A stretch of 64,000 nucleotides of DNA from the NCBI RefSeq assembly GCF_001194135.2, contig NC_068988.1, forward strand, positions 85,391,264 to 85,455,263, written 5' to 3'. The DNA is from Octopus bimaculoides (Eukaryota). This document shows, one piece after another, positions 50,075-63,275 of the stretch (positions within the stretch are counted from its first letter, which is position 1; each line of letters opens with the position of its first letter). The translations under genes and the position numbers were made by a program. The notes beneath the pieces are model-generated. The model was not told the origin of the DNA. It saw nothing but the letters and a program-made list of their open reading frames with translations, and ran no database searches.

Positions 50075-50260
50075 ATCATTTAGTGTTCCTTTTTCCATAC
50101 CAGCATGGGTTCGATAGTTTGACATGAACTGATGAGGCAGTAGGTGGTGTGATGAGCTCCAAAGTCAGCTTTGCATGGTTTCTATAGCTAGATTCCCTTC
50201 CTGGTGTCAACCACTTCAGAGCAAACTGGGTACATTTTTTCATGTTACCAGCAGTGGTGA
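50075..50260 (-). mobile_element. RTE LINE 3' tail fragment
   Basis: catcatcatttagtgttcctttttccataccagcatgggtt... is the reverse complement of the RTE terminus. Confidence 0.65.
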
Positions 50261-50442
50261 GGTTACCATACATTCACAAGACAAGAGCCTTCAACTGAGT
50301 GGGGATTAAAAGATATGAAAATATAAAAGAGTGACAGAAGCAGGGGTCTTGGTGAATTTTCATATGCCTCATATAAGTGTACTTGAATATTGTACTTTTC
50401 AAATATGAAACTTGAAGTAGCCCACCCAAAACTTCTGCATTT

Positions 50443-50660
50443 ATTGGTTTCAAATTTTTGTACAAGGCCAGCTGTTTTGAGGGAGGTGGTAAGTTGATTA
50501 CATTGATCCCAGTACTCAGCTGCTATCTATCTTATCAACTCCAAAACGATAAAAGGGAAAAGCTGATCTTAGCAGCATTTGAGCTCAGAACATAAAAGTG
50601 GACAAAAGCTGCTAAGCAATTTGCCTGGTGTTCTAACAACCTCGCCAGTTTGCTGCCTTG
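50443..50660 (-). mobile_element. SINE family D (tail D2), diverged
   Basis: tattggtttcaaatttttgtacaaggccagc...cccagtactcagctg...gagctcagaac...ctaagcaatttgcctgg. Confidence 0.65.
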
Positions 50661-50755
50661 ACTTCTGTATTAATTAAATGATACTTCATTCATGCTGAAT
50701 TTTTTGTGTTGTTGATCCTATCAATAAATGAACAGTACATCACACACACACACAC

Positions 50756-50785
<30 letters not shown>

Positions 50786-50786
<1 letters not shown>

Positions 50787-50910
50787 GAGCTGAGAATGTG
50801 TGCCTGTCTGTCTGTCTGTATGTGTGCATTACTAAAACTCGAGAACAACCCTACGGATTTCATTCAAATTTTACACATGCCTTACTTAGGGTCCATGCAG
50901 TGTCAACTTT
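50786..50910 (+). mobile_element. 5' segment of a non-autonomous Helitron-like element with internal (TCTG)n
   Basis: agctgagaatgtgtgcctgtctgtctgtctgta...aaaactcgagaac...gatttcattcaaattttacac resembles, from recall, the 5' blocks of invertebrate non-autonomous Helitron/HINE elements; a matching 3' terminus lies at 52765-52807. Confidence 0.45.
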
Positions 50911-50914
50911 AGCA

Positions 50915-51398
50915 CTGTCCAAGCACTAACAGCACTGTCCGAGCATGATCATTGCCAGAGCAACTGTCTGGCTTCCGTGCTAGTGGCCCGTATATAGCAC
51001 CATTTGAACGCGATCGTTACCAGCGTCACCTTACTGGTACTTGTGCCGGTGGCACATTAGAAAATCATTTGAGCAAGGTCGAGCGAGGTCGTTGCCAGTG
51101 CCGCTGGACTGGCTCCTGTGCAGGTGGCACGTAAAAAACACCATTTTGAGCGTGGCTGTTGCCTGTACTGCGTGACTGGCCCTCGTGCCGGTGGCATGTA
51201 AAAACACCATTTTGAGTGTGGCCGTTGCCAGTACTGTGTGACTGGCCCTCATGCCGGTGGCACGTAAAAGCACCCTCTACACTCTCGGAGTGGTTGTCAT
51301 TAGGAAGGGCATCCAGCTGTAGAAACACTGCCAGAACAGTCCTCAGTCAAATCATCCAATCATGGAAAGCGGATGTTAAACAATGATGAAGATGATGA
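50915..51398 (+). mobile_element. RTE LINE 3' UTR minisatellite (about 5 units) + tail
   Basis: Tandem 65-67 bp units at 50930-51270, then the RTE terminus and gatgaagatgatg. Confidence 0.85.
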
Positions 51399-51423
51399 TA
51401 TATATATGTGTGTATTACATCTT

Positions 51424-51458
<35 letters not shown>

Positions 51459-52057
51459 NNNNNNNNNNNNNNNNNNNNNNNNNNNNNNNNNNNNNNNNNN
51501 NNNNNNNNNNNNNNNNNNNNNNNNNNNNNNNNNNNNNNNNNNNNNNNNNNNNNNNNNNNNNNNNNNNNNNNNNNNNNNNNNNNNNNNNNNNNNNNNNNNN
51601 NNNNNNNNNNNNNNNNNNNNNNNNNNNNNNNNNNNNNNNNNNNNNNNNNNNNNNNNNNNNNNNNNNNNNNNNNNNNNNNNNNNNNNNNNNNNNNNNNNNN
51701 NNNNNNNNNNNNNNNNNNNNNNNNNNNNNNNNNNNNNNNNNNNNNNNNNNNNNNNNNNNNNNNNNNNNNNNNNNNNNNNNNNNNNNNNNNNNNNNNNNNN
51801 NNNNNNNNNNNNNNNNNNNNNNNNNNNNNNNNNNNNNNNNNNNNNNNNNNNNNNNNNNNNNNNNNNNNNNNNNNNNNNNNNNNNNNNNNNNNNNNNNNNN
51901 NNNNNNNNNNNNNNNNNNNNNNNNNNNNNNNNNNNNNNNNNNNNNNNNNNNNNNNNNNNNNNNNNNNNNNNNNNNNNNNNNNNNNNNNNNNNNNNNNNNN
52001 NNNNNNNNNNNNNNNNNNNNNNNNNNNNNNNNNNNTGGCAGAGTTTCTACAGCTGGA

Positions 52058-52099
<42 letters not shown>

Positions 52100-52108
<9 letters not shown>

Positions 52109-52762
52109 TTGTGTCTGTATTTGTCCTCCCACCAATGCTTGACAACCGATGGTGGTGTGTTTACGTCCCCGTAACTTAGCGGTTCGGCAAAAGAGACCGA
52201 TAGAATAAGTACTAAGCTTACAAAGAATAAGTCCTGGGTCGATTTGCTCGACTAAAGGCAGTGCTCCACCATGGCCGCAGTCAATTGACTGAAACAAGTA
52301 AAAGAGTAAAGAGTATATGTATATGTATATATATGTATATGTATGTATATATATATATGTATGTGTGTGTAAATATGTATGTATATATACATATATATAT
52401 GTATGTATATTTATGTATATATGTGTGTGTGTGTGTATATATATGTATGTATATATGCGTATGTATATGTATATATATGTGTGTGTGTATATATACATAT
52501 ATGTGTGTAGAAAGAAGACTGTCGTATATATGTGTATATTTGCATGCTTGCGTGTGTGTGTGTTTGTACTCCCACTGCTTGACAGCCGATGTTGCTGTGC
52601 TTATGTTCCCATAACATAGTGGTTATGCAAAAGACACTGATAGAATAAGTACTAGGCTTACAAAGAATATATCCTGTGGTCAATTTGTTCAACAAAAGGC
52701 AGTGCTCCAGCATGGCCAAAGTCACCTGACTAAAACAAGTAAAACAAGTAAAACAATAAAAG
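52100..52762 (+). mobile_element. Two SINE family A 3' halves separated by TA/TG repeats
   Basis: 52100-52312 and 52550-52762 both match the family A 3' half. Confidence 0.8.
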
Positions 52763-52764
52763 AA

Positions 52765-52806
52765 CTATGCCATTTTAATCCCGAGCAAGGCTGGGTATCT
52801 CTGCTA

Positions 52807-52807
<1 letters not shown>
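52765..52807 (+). mobile_element. Helitron-like 3' terminus
   Basis: atcccgagcaaggctgggtatctctgCTAG|t: subterminal GC hairpin then CTAG followed by T. Confidence 0.6.
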
Positions 52808-52850
<43 letters not shown>

Positions 52851-53943
52851 NNNNNNNNNNNNNNNNNNNNNNNNNNNNNNNNNNNNNNNNNNNNNNNNNN
52901 NNNNNNNNNNNNNNNNNNNNNNNNNNNNNNNNNNNNNNNNNNNNNNNNNNNNNNNNNNNNNNNNNNNNNNNNNNNNNNNNNNNNNNNNNNNNNNNNNNNN
53001 NNNNNNNNNNNNNNNNNNNNNNNNNNNNNNNNNNNNNNNNNNNNNNNNNNNNNNNNNNNNNNNNNNNNNNNNNNNNNNNNNNNNNNNNNNNNNNNNNNNN
53101 NNNNNNNNNNNNNNNNNNNNNNNNNNNNNNNNNNNNNNNNNNNNNNNNNNNNNNNNNNNNNNNNNNNNNNNNNNNNNNNNNNNNNNNNNNNNNNNNNNNN
53201 NNNNNNNNNNNNNNNNNNNNNNNNNNNNNNNNNNNNNNNNNNNNNNNNNNNNNNNNNNNNNNNNNNNNNNNNNNNNNNTGAAAAAGAGGTAAGATTTGGC
53301 ATCAGGATGAGCATCGGGCTGTAAAAATTTGGTACAATTTCCTTTCATCTAAGGCATGCTAGTATGGAAAAACAGAATTAAAATGGAACAGAAAATGGAA
53401 TTAATATATATACATATATATATATTTATACCGTACAAAGACCAGCAGCCAATAAACAAATATGCAGAAACACATTAAGCACCTGTAGTGTGAGCTCCCT
53501 TTATGGTATTCTTTCACTGGACAGCTACATCTAATACTGACATTACATGAAGGAGAGTTAGTTCCTTCCTTATTCATTCAGCTGTAACTAATGCCCTAAC
53601 TTCAACATTACGTAATATCTGCCATCTGATGATGTCAGTTAAGAAAATTGGAAAACCAGCTCATTCTTCATTCACTTTTCCATGTTTCATTTAGAAGTAT
53701 GTCTACTCCGAGTCAGCATGGAACAATGGACATTAAATGATGATGACAATGATGCACACATCATCATCTTACACACACACACGTATGTGCATATATACAC
53801 ACGTGTGTGTGTGGAGGTATATATACCTGTTAGTATGCTGATTAATGCATGTGCACTGTCTGCAGCTACCTGATGTCATCAACAGTATTGATATAAATGC
53901 TACTGCATTTACTTCTGGAATTCCTCCATGTCCATCGAGTATG

Positions 53944-54185
53944 TAACAAATGAGAGTAAGAGAAAATGGAATTCTTGAGATTCTGTATTAATCACAACAA
54001 CTGTTTTGACCCATCTTGCATCGGTCCCTTGCATACCTTTTGAAAAGTCACCTGACAAGACACATCTGCATCGAAAGAGGCACCACAACCAGTTGTCCAG
54101 CGAGGGACTAATACAAGATGGGTCGAAACAATCATTGTGATTGATAAAGAATCTCATGAAATTCATTTTCTCTTTCTCCCATTTG

Positions 54186-54187
<2 letters not shown>
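53944..54187 (+). mobile_element. PLE-type inverted repeat with decayed hammerhead family F5 (54046-54142)
   Basis: Arms 53944-54030 / 54101-54187. AGUCAC-CUGACAA-GACACAUC...GAUGGGUC-GAAA-CAAUCA-UU-GUGAUU; stem I AGUCAC:GUGAUU fully paired. Confidence 0.65.
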
Positions 54188-54254
<67 letters not shown>

Positions 54255-54256
<2 letters not shown>

Positions 54257-54416
54257 CAGTACACTCTGTAAATTGGTTGGCATTAGGAAGGACATCAGGT
54301 TGTAGAAACCAAGCCAAATCAAACAATTGGCGCCTGGTGCAGTTCTCTGGCTTGCCAGTGCCTATCAAACCATCCAGCCCAAGCCAGCATGGAAAAAGGA
54401 CATTAAATGATGATGA
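54255..54416 (+). mobile_element. RTE LINE 3' tail fragment
   Basis: cccagtacactctgtaaattggttggcattaggaagg...agcatggaaaaaggacattaaatgatgatgat. Confidence 0.75.
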
Positions 54417-54467
54417 TATATATATGCCTTATAGCTTGACTATTCATGATATATATACACATACATA

Positions 54468-54675
54468 AATAATAGTGTCAAATTTTGGCACATGGCCAGC
54501 AATGTTAGTAGGGTGTAAGGAAGTCGATTACCTTGACCTCAGTACTTATTTTATCAACCCCTAGAAGATTGAAAGTTATGGTCAACATTGGCAGAATTTG
54601 AACACAGAATGTAAGAAGCTGGATGAAATGCTGCTCAGGATTTTGTCCAACAAGCTAATGATTCTGCCAGCTTGA
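54468..54675 (-). mobile_element. SINE family D (tail D2), diverged
   Basis: caaattttggcacatggccagc...cagtacttattttatcaacccc...ggcagaatttgaacacagaatg. Confidence 0.65.
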
Positions 54676-55100
54676 TGTTACCATAATGGAATGTTGTCAA
54701 ACTGCTATTGTTAGTATTATTACTGTTAGTATATTAATATTAGTAGTACCACACATGTTAGTCTTAACTTAGTTTTAGTAAGCAGTGATTAGTTGTAAAC
54801 ATATACACACACACATTCAGACACACATGCACACACACGTACACACACACATGCACACATATATATATATATTTAGGCACACATATATTTTTAAAATCTT
54901 TTCATTTACCCTTCACTGTCAAATGATCGCATTGAGGTGCAACAGTAGAAGTCTGAGAATCCACTGATAAAATGGTACAATCCCTATCTGAAAGATAGAA
55001 AACACACATCTTCATATGAACCAAAATCCAACATGACTCCATGTCACTATACATCATATAACATTGTAACAATGTTGACATAATATAATACATATAGGCA

Positions 55101-55141
<41 letters not shown>

Positions 55142-55838
55142 CATATAAAAACGTTTAGTGTACTTTGTAGTATATTATGACTGCATAATGAAATATGGTA
55201 TCCCTGCAGTTCATTAATACCAGGTTAACTTACTACAGTTCTGAGTTGAACTGAATAAAAAAGCCAGTAGTACAGATTAAGAAAACAAAATTCAAAAATA
55301 TTAAAAGGTCATGAAGTATGTAAAGGGAAAGTATGAGATCAAATATGTAGGTTGTGGGAGTTGTATAGAGTTGGTGAGAATGAAGAAAAAGAGAGAGCTG
55401 GAAGAAAGAGGAAGGAGAAAAGAGAAAAATATTGTTGTTGCCAAGGAGGGAAAAAGTAGTGGTCATAAACATTTTACTGAGAGGGATGAAGATAAGAACT
55501 AGCCCTACAGAATGTTGGTCGCTTAGCAGAGAATAGCCAGCGCCAGTACTGCTGACCAGGTGGTCTATATTACAGAACATACACACATCTGCACACCTGT
55601 GCACACAAGTAAAGGTATGGTTCAGAACTACTGACATAAATTATCACAAATCTGAATGAACACATCAAATAATTGTAATCCTTTCCCTATGTAAAACTAA
55701 TATATTGTAATAAATAACTGTCCGTCTCTATTTTGTGCATTGAGTGTTTCGCTTTTGACTCATGAACCTTACCCAAGCATGCATACTACACACACACACA
55801 CATGTGCACACACGTATCTACATACATACAAATGTATG

Positions 55839-55885
<47 letters not shown>

Positions 55886-56559
55886 NNNNNNNNNNNNNNN
55901 NNNNNNNNNNNNNNNNNNNNNNNNNNNNNNNNNNNNNNNNNNNNNNNNNNNNNNNNNNNNNNNNNNNNNNNNNNNNNNNNNNNNNNNNNNNNNNNNNNNN
56001 NNNNNNNNNNNNNNNNNNNNNNNNNNNNNNNNNNNNNNNNNNNNNNNNNNNNNNNNNNNNNNNNNNNNNNNNNNNNNNNNNNNNNNNNNNNNNNNNNNNN
56101 NNNNNNNNNNNNNNNNNNNNNNNNNNNNNNNNNNNNNNNNNNNNNNNNNNNNNNNNNNNNNNNNNNNNNNNNNNNNNNNNNNNNNNNNNNNNNNNNNNNN
56201 NNNNNNNNNNNNNNNNNNNNNNNNNNNNNNNNNNNNNNNNNNNNNNNNNNNNNNNNNNNNNNNNNNNNNNNNNNNNNNNNNNNNNNNNNNNNNNNNNNNN
56301 NNNNNNNNNNNNNNNNNNNNNNNNNNNNNNNNNNNNNNNNNNNNNNNNNNNNNNNNNNNNNNNNNNNNNNNNNNNNNNNNNNNNNNNNNNNNNNNNNNNN
56401 NNNNNNNNNNNNNNNNNNNNNNNNNNNNNNNNNNNNNNNNNNNNNNNNNNNNNNNNNNNNNNNNNNNNNNNNNNNNNNNNNNNNNNNNNNNNNNNNNNNN
56501 NNNNNNNNNNNNNNNNNNNNNNNNNNNNNNNNNNNNNNNNNNNNNNNNNNNNNNNNNNN

Positions 56560-56593
<34 letters not shown>

Positions 56594-56635
56594 TATGTAT
56601 ATACATATACATACATATGTATGTATGTACATATA

Positions 56636-56822
56636 TATGGGAGAATTTACGAAAAAAACAACAACAGACGAGGACAGGTGGTGTAAACAACAAATGGATG
56701 TATTAGTTTAACACTCGGGAATAGGAAAGTCTTTAACGTTTCGAGCTATGCTCTTCAACAGAAAGAAATAAGGAGAAAAACAAGGAGAAAAAAAATTTAA
56801 ATGTCGTGATCAGCGATCTATC
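56636..56822 (-). mobile_element. PLE-type terminal repeat with hammerhead family F2 (HHR at 56730-56766)
   Basis: Minus strand UCUUU-CUGUUGA-A-GAGC/AUA/GCUC-GAAA-C-GU-U-AAAGA; homologous to 17181-17414. Confidence 0.75.
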
Positions 56823-57016
56823 ATATATCTATATATACATATATGTGTTTATATATATATATATATATGTATGTATATATGTATGTATGTATATAGATAT
56901 ATGTATGCATGTATATATATATGTATGAATATATATATATGTGTGTGTGTTTGTATATATATGTATATATGTATGTATTCACTATATCTATATATGTATG
57001 GATATATATATGTGTG

Positions 57017-57551
57017 TTGCGAAGACCTGTTGAGGCAAGTGAAATTGAAATTGAAATCAAATTCGATGACAGCACTGCATGACTGGCATCCGTGCTAGTG
57101 GAGCGCTAAGAGCACCATCCGAGCGAGGTCATTGCCAGAGCAGTCGACTGGCTTCCATGCTAGTGGCATTTAAAAAGCATCATTCAAGCGTGATCATTAC
57201 CAGCATCACCTTACTGGCATTTGTGCCGGTGGGATGTGAAAAAATATTTGAGTGAGGTCGTTGCCAGTGCCGCTGGACTGGCTCCTGTGCCGCTGGACTG
57301 GCTCCTGTGCAGGTGGAACCATTTGAGCATGGCCGTTGCCAGTTCCGCCTGACTGGCTCTCGTGCCGGTGGCACATAAAAGCACCCACTGCACTCTCAGA
57401 GTGGTTGACGTTAGGAAGAGCCTCCAGCTGTAGAAACTTTGCCAGATCAGATTGGAGCCTGGTGCAGCCATCTGGTTCGCCAGTCCTCAGTCAAATCAAC
57501 AAACCCATGTCAGCATGGAAAGCGGGCCTTAAACGATGATGATGATGATGA

Positions 57552-57556
<5 letters not shown>
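57017..57556 (+). mobile_element. RTE LINE 3' end: ORF end remnant, minisatellite, (GAT)n tail
   Basis: gaagacctgttgaggcaagtga, about 5 repeat units (with an internal 21-bp duplication at 57268-57310), conserved terminus. Confidence 0.85.
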
Positions 57557-57590
<34 letters not shown>

Positions 57591-58249
57591 GAGCACAAGA
57601 AATACAGAATATATGAGGAAAATATGTAATTTCTTATTTTAACACCCGTTTCAGGGAGCTGTTAGTTGTGTAATAATCATAATTTATAGATGAAATATGC
57701 AAAAAGTCATGGGTATGCAATCAGTAACCAATCACATGGAGATATTACAAGTTTGGTTTCCCTCATCGAAAGAAGATTGATAAAAGTGGATCATATAGTA
57801 GTGCCAACACATATAACTAGTTGAAGGAGGAGAGGAAGATTTCTATGACATAGAAAGGAAGGAATAGAGGTAGAATAAAAGAAATGATAGGCAGGGAGAG
57901 GGAGGAAGATATTTATGATATAGGAAGGAAGCAACAAACATAAAATACAAGAAACAGTGAGAAGGGGCAAGATAGAGTAAAAGTCAGTTTTGTAAAAGCA
58001 AACATCACTGGTGGGTAAGGTAATCTATCTAAGAAGACAGTAACTCATTTAAGGATGGCAGTTAATCAGACAAAGAGACAGGAAGAGATAAGCTCTGATG
58101 GGGAGGGCAAAGAAAAATATGTTGAGATGAGGAGAATATGGTACAAGGAGAAAAGGAGAAAGAAAATGGTGCTAACATAGCTAAATAATAAGAATGAGCT
58201 TTATCCACAATTAGGAGACAGCATAAAGACTGTACATAATGAGAAAATG

Positions 58250-59870
58250 TGGAATAAAATTTGCGCTTACATGAGAAGGTTACATCAGAGAATCTATTGA
58301 GTAATGAGGTATTATGATGGTGAAGAATATCCAGCAATTCCCTGCAATATAACTTAAAACATGATGGTTTGTGTTGTATGGGGAGATCCCACCAACTATG
58401 GATCAGAATAAGGTATAAAGAATGTCCTTGGACTTGAGGTGAAGCACGTGTGTAGCTAGGGACTAAAGAGTTTAGAAACTCAATTTGAGAACGAATTCAG
58501 GTGAGCCTGGTATTGGTGCTTCAGTTCAACAGTGCCACTATAGCCTGGTAGCAACATGATGTAATTACTTGGCATTTATATAATGTTATAAAGTAAACAA
58601 AATCCATCTAATAGACATAGTTGGAAGACCCAACAATTACTAGTTTTTCTACCAATGGTGGGCTTAGAATTAATCCTTATTTTATGCTGATTCATATGAT
58701 CAGTCATCCTCAAGGAAGAACCAGAAGTGCTATTACTATTATGGGGCTGAGAGAGGGCATCACTGCAGTCAGGTGCATTAGGGTTACAATTACTTGGGGC
58801 AATGCTATTATTCAAGTGGGTAGGATTCCCAATACTAAAAGTATCAGTATCTAGCAGGTAAGGGTGGAGGTAGATGAGTGGTTCAAAGGGCAGTTAGTAA
58901 GGTGACTAAGTTTGCACCTACTGGAAGAGGTAGTTAGAGATCCTAAGTTTGGTGTTGTAGAGTATGAGATTTTAATCAAAGATTTATTAAATATTGGGTA
59001 ATATTTGCAGTGTAGTGGGAAATTAAAGCTTAGGATTTTGAAAAATAGCTTGGGTAAAGATTTAACTTGGAGGGAGAATAGGGGTGCAATCCATAAGATC
59101 CTCCACTTTTTGCCTTGAAAGAGCTTAGAACCCAGTTTAGTGGGCTGGAAATTATTCAACCACTGTGCTGGCTGCAGGAGAATTCAGTTGCTAGATGATG
59201 GCATGTGGATAGATAGAGGCAAATCTGGTGGACGTAGCTTCTGTACTAGGAAATAGACATCTGAGTTTTGCTTTTAGTTTAGTATTGGAAATATATGAGA
59301 TCCTCTTGTGGAAGCCACTATTCTGGAGAGCCTGATTATAGTACAAGCTATGATTATCAAAGATATCCTCATTAGCTAATAGGTTATAGATCCTGATTGA
59401 AACATCAGTGACAATGCTATTTAGAGCAAATCTATGGTGATTAGATTGGACATTGATATATTTTTAAGGCTCATTTGGTTTATGGTAAGTGTAATAGAGG
59501 TTAAATCTAAGTTGAGTCACATCTAAGAAGTTAGCTACTTTAGTGCTGTTTTTGAACTTATAGAGGACCTTCCAGGTACATTCAATGGACAGTCAAAATG
59601 TACCTATGGGTGTGAGAAGAGCATCATCCCTCTATAGGCCTCTGGGTATGCTAAGGAAGTGCTGGTTTATTTAAAAGTGAAGAAGAGACTAATCTGGTCA
59701 GTAACCTGAACAGAGTCTGAAGAACCCATGGTTATATCAAACAGATCTATAGGGAATTTACGGGACCAATAATTGTTAACAAAAGACAAAAGTGTTTTTC
59801 TAGCTGCTAAGATAAAGTTGATGTCCAGCCAATAGAGGGGTACAAATTTTCTTGCGAACATTAAGGCCTT
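58250..59870 (-). mobile_element. Degenerate Hydra/Naiad-like PLE: RT core, thumb, Cys-rich linker and GIY-YIG
   Basis: DINFILAARKTLLSF..WSRK..LFDITMGSSDSVQV; GL*RDDAL; NFLDVT..YHKPNEP*KYINVQSNH; YYNQALQNSGF; RILWIAPLFS..KILSFNFP..IFNKSLIKISYSTTPN; SNCWVFQLCLLDGFCLLYNII; LLNRFSDVTFSCKRKF. Confidence 0.82.
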
Positions 59871-60164
59871 ATTTAATAGAATGGGGGGGATATGGAAGTG
59901 TAATAGTTTGATATATCACACTGGAAGAAATGAGTATGAAATTTATTAGAGAAAGAGTGGAACCAGGTGATGACATCAATATATATATATGTATGTGTAT
60001 GTGTGTGAATACACACACACATATATACACACACACATGCATACATACATACATACATACATACATGCATACATGTGTGTGTATTTATATATCACTGTAT
60101 CGACCAGACTATTGTATGTTATTATACACTGCTGGCAACAATGCACTTCCTTGCACCATTGTAG

Positions 60165-60378
60165 CTTTCAGATGATATCATCCAGCCAGCAGGGTTGGCA
60201 GGCTAATTCTACCCCTGAATGGAATGCAAGCTTGTTGCAGGGTCATCTATTTACAGCTCAGCTGAATGGATTGCAGCAATGTGAAATGAAGTGTTTTGCT
60301 CAAGAGCACAATGCACTGCTGGTCTAGGAATTGAAATCACAATCATGCAATTATGAGGGCAACACCCTAACCACTAGA
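60165..60378 (-). mobile_element. SINE family E head with yet another 3' domain
   Basis: Head and gctcaagagcacaat block as at 458-592, followed by a different body. Confidence 0.6.
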
Positions 60379-60559
60379 TCAGGTACAATCACACACACAC
60401 ACATAAATACACTTACATGTGCAAATTTACAAGCTTAAATGTTTAATTATCTACTCGCTCTCTTGCTCTCTCTCTCTTTCTGTGCACGCACACTCACATA
60501 CACACATGCACACACACATACACACACGCACACACACATACACACGCACACAAAATATA

Positions 60560-60712
60560 GCCATGGGTGTGAGAAGAACATCATCCCTGTGTAGACCTCT
60601 AGGTATGCTAAGGAAGTGTTGGTTTATTTAAGAGAGAAGAAGAGACCAGCCTGGTCAGTAACCTGGACAGAGTCCAAAAAGCCCATGGTTATATCAAAGA
60701 GATCTTATTGAA
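60560..60712 (-). mobile_element. Second copy of the YRDD-type PLE RT core
   Basis: About 150-bp direct repeat of 59604-59750; reads LFDITMG...GLHRDDVL. Confidence 0.75.
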
Positions 60713-61045
60713 AGTTTGTAAGATGTTTGTTATGTTTGAAATGTTTGTGAGTCTTTCATTAAATTGATAATTATACAGGTTATTAACCTCACTTAGCATT
60801 CATTATATATTTTCAATATTTATAGGTACACTTTGTTTTGAATATTTCATTATCAGGTTGTCAAGTGTGAGTTGATCAAAAAGTGGTGTGGGTGTAAATA
60901 TTGTAAATATATATTGTAATATTAATGTCTAAATAGTCTCATAGTCATTTTTAAACTATATAATATATGTTATAAGTACTGAATATTTCTTCGATATTAA
61001 GATATCTGTGGATGCAGGCATACACATATACATAGAAATATGCAC

Positions 61046-61104
<59 letters not shown>

Positions 61105-61584
61105 CGTATATATATATAACTTATATCTAACCTATAAACAATGCTAATATGTTAATGTGTGTTGACCTGACTACAAACACTAATGTTTTATGGCTGTCCA
61201 TTTCCCAAATTTTGGCCATCCAATACCCCTACTTCTAATAAGTGACCCCTTCCTCTATCATTTCCTTACGTCTCTTCACCCCTTTGTAATCTGTCTTACT
61301 CTTTTCTCTATTCTACTTGCGTCTTTCCATCTTTTCCTCCCTCCCCCATGCACTCACCACTCCTTCAGTGTTTTGCTTTGTTATGACCAGAAATGGCTCT
61401 GGCAAAAGCAGAATTCAGTTTTTTAGGTCATTCAATTTTACTCAACTGATCACTAGAGCAACTGAGTAAGCCTATCAGTAAGGTACCTATAATTACCACT
61501 GGAAACAGCTGTAAGCCGAATTTGCTCCAATAAAGGAAAAATATGTAATGACCATTATTTTAAACTTGTTTATATATATGTGTG

Positions 61585-61806
61585 TTATTTCTTTATTGCC
61601 CACAAGGGGCTAAACATAGAGGGGATAAACAAGTGATTAAGTCGATTACATCGACCCCAGTGAGTAACTGGTACTTCATTTATCGACCCCGACAGGATGA
61701 AAGGCTAAGTCGACCTCGACTGAATTTGAACTCAGAACGTAACGACAGACGAAATACCGCTAAGCATTTCGCCCGGCGTGCTAACGTTTCTGCCAGCTCC
61801 CCGCCT
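61585..61806 (-). mobile_element. Young SINE family D (tail D1)
   Basis: Near-identical to 24859-25089. Confidence 0.88.
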
Positions 61807-61807
61807 T

Positions 61808-61845
<38 letters not shown>

Positions 61846-62409
61846 CGTGCGTGCACAGAAAGAGAGAGAGAGAGAGAGAGAGAGAGTAGATAATTAAAGA
61901 AAGGGATGTTAGAAGTCCGGTTGAAGGTCAAAGTGCAGCAGAAACTTAATCAGGATACAAAATGAGGAACTAAACCAATGAACGATGCTTTGTCATTTAA
62001 TTCCCTTCGATCAACATTTGTTTATAATGAGACAACCAAAAAAAAGAAATAAAATAAAATAAAGACAAATGTTAATTAATAAATAGATAACTGAAGGAAT
62101 ATTCTAGCAATTGTATAATGAAATCTAATTGATTAATCCTTGTGTCACTTTGGATAATTAATTTTTTTTATTGGTTTTGTGTGGAGGAAGGGGCTATGCC
62201 CACAACCTTGAAATATAAATGGTTGTTTCAACAAAAATAAGGATTTTTCTACATAGGCACAAGTCACTCATTTAATTAACAGCTGGCACAATTAATTTAA
62301 GCAATATTCCCAAGTATTTTATTCTAGGAGTTAAAAATAAAAGTACATTCACAAAGAGACTTAACTAAAGTCTTCAAAATCTTTTTGTTATATCTTTTAC
62401 TAATATATT

Positions 62410-62910
62410 TCAGTTGAAATACACTACTTTTGTTTCAATTTATTATTTTGGTGCCATATTCACAAATGATGGGAAACGGGAGGCTGAACTAGATACTGGA
62501 ATTGGAGATGCTTTCACAGTAATGTACCAGCTCCAGTGTTTGATCCTCAGAAGAGAAGCTGGTAAAAAGAAAGTCAAACAGGTTGTCTTCAATTCAGTTA
62601 GCATGTCTATCTTTATCTTTGGTTATGCATGTTGGGCAATGACTGAACGAATACAATCACAAATATAAGCAAATGAAATGGGAGTCTTTTGAAGAATGTC
62701 TGGAGTAATGTTTGTTACTCAACAGGGTGCATAGCTCCAAGATCAGGGAGTCTTTCCAGGTCGAATTGCAACTTCACAGCGTTGGGAGGTCACAGTGCCA
62801 CTACTACAGACATGTCACAGAAAAGAATTACAAAATGGATTCTTCAAGTTGAGCCAATGGCAGGAGACTGAGGGGCAAACCAAGAAGAAGATGATTGGAT
62901 GATATCAACC
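62410..62910 (+). mobile_element. Degenerate RTE-clade (Expander/Rex3-like) LINE fragment, post-RT region
   Basis: YYFGAIFTNDGKREAELDTGIG...GYACWAMTERIQSQI*ANEMGVF*RMSG matches FKYLG..FT.DG..E.E.D.RIG...YG.E.W.MTER..S.IQA.EM.FLRR. Confidence 0.75.
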
Positions 62911-63061
62911 AGACAGAAAGTCTAATGATGGTTGCTTCTGAAAGTATGGAGGAGGTACCTGAGAACTCTACCCCCATGACCCTCCTAAGAATAATGGGTT
63001 GAGAAAATGGATTGGCTGGATTAATATGAAATGAGCATTAATATTGGGAGAATGTTAAGGC

Positions 63062-63275
63062 AATGAGCTCGCAGAATCCTTAGTACGACAAGCAAACTGC
63101 TTAGTGGTATTTCATCCATCTTTTCATTCTGAGTTCAAATTCCACCGAGGTTGACTTTGCCTTTCATTCATTCAGAGTTGATAAAATAAGCATCAGTCAA
63201 GTACTGGGGTCAATATAATCGACTTATCCACTGCCCAGAAATTGCTGGTGTTGTGCCAAAATTTGAAATCAGTAT
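63062..63275 (+). mobile_element. SINE family D (tail D2)
   Basis: gagttcaaattccaccgaggttgactttgcctttcattc...gataaaataagcatcagtcaagtactggggtc...tgtgccaaaatttgaaatc. Confidence 0.75.

Noticed and set aside
50915-51270. CRISPR-like array
   Set aside because: Contiguous degenerate tandem units without unique spacers, attached to an RTE tail in a eukaryotic genome.
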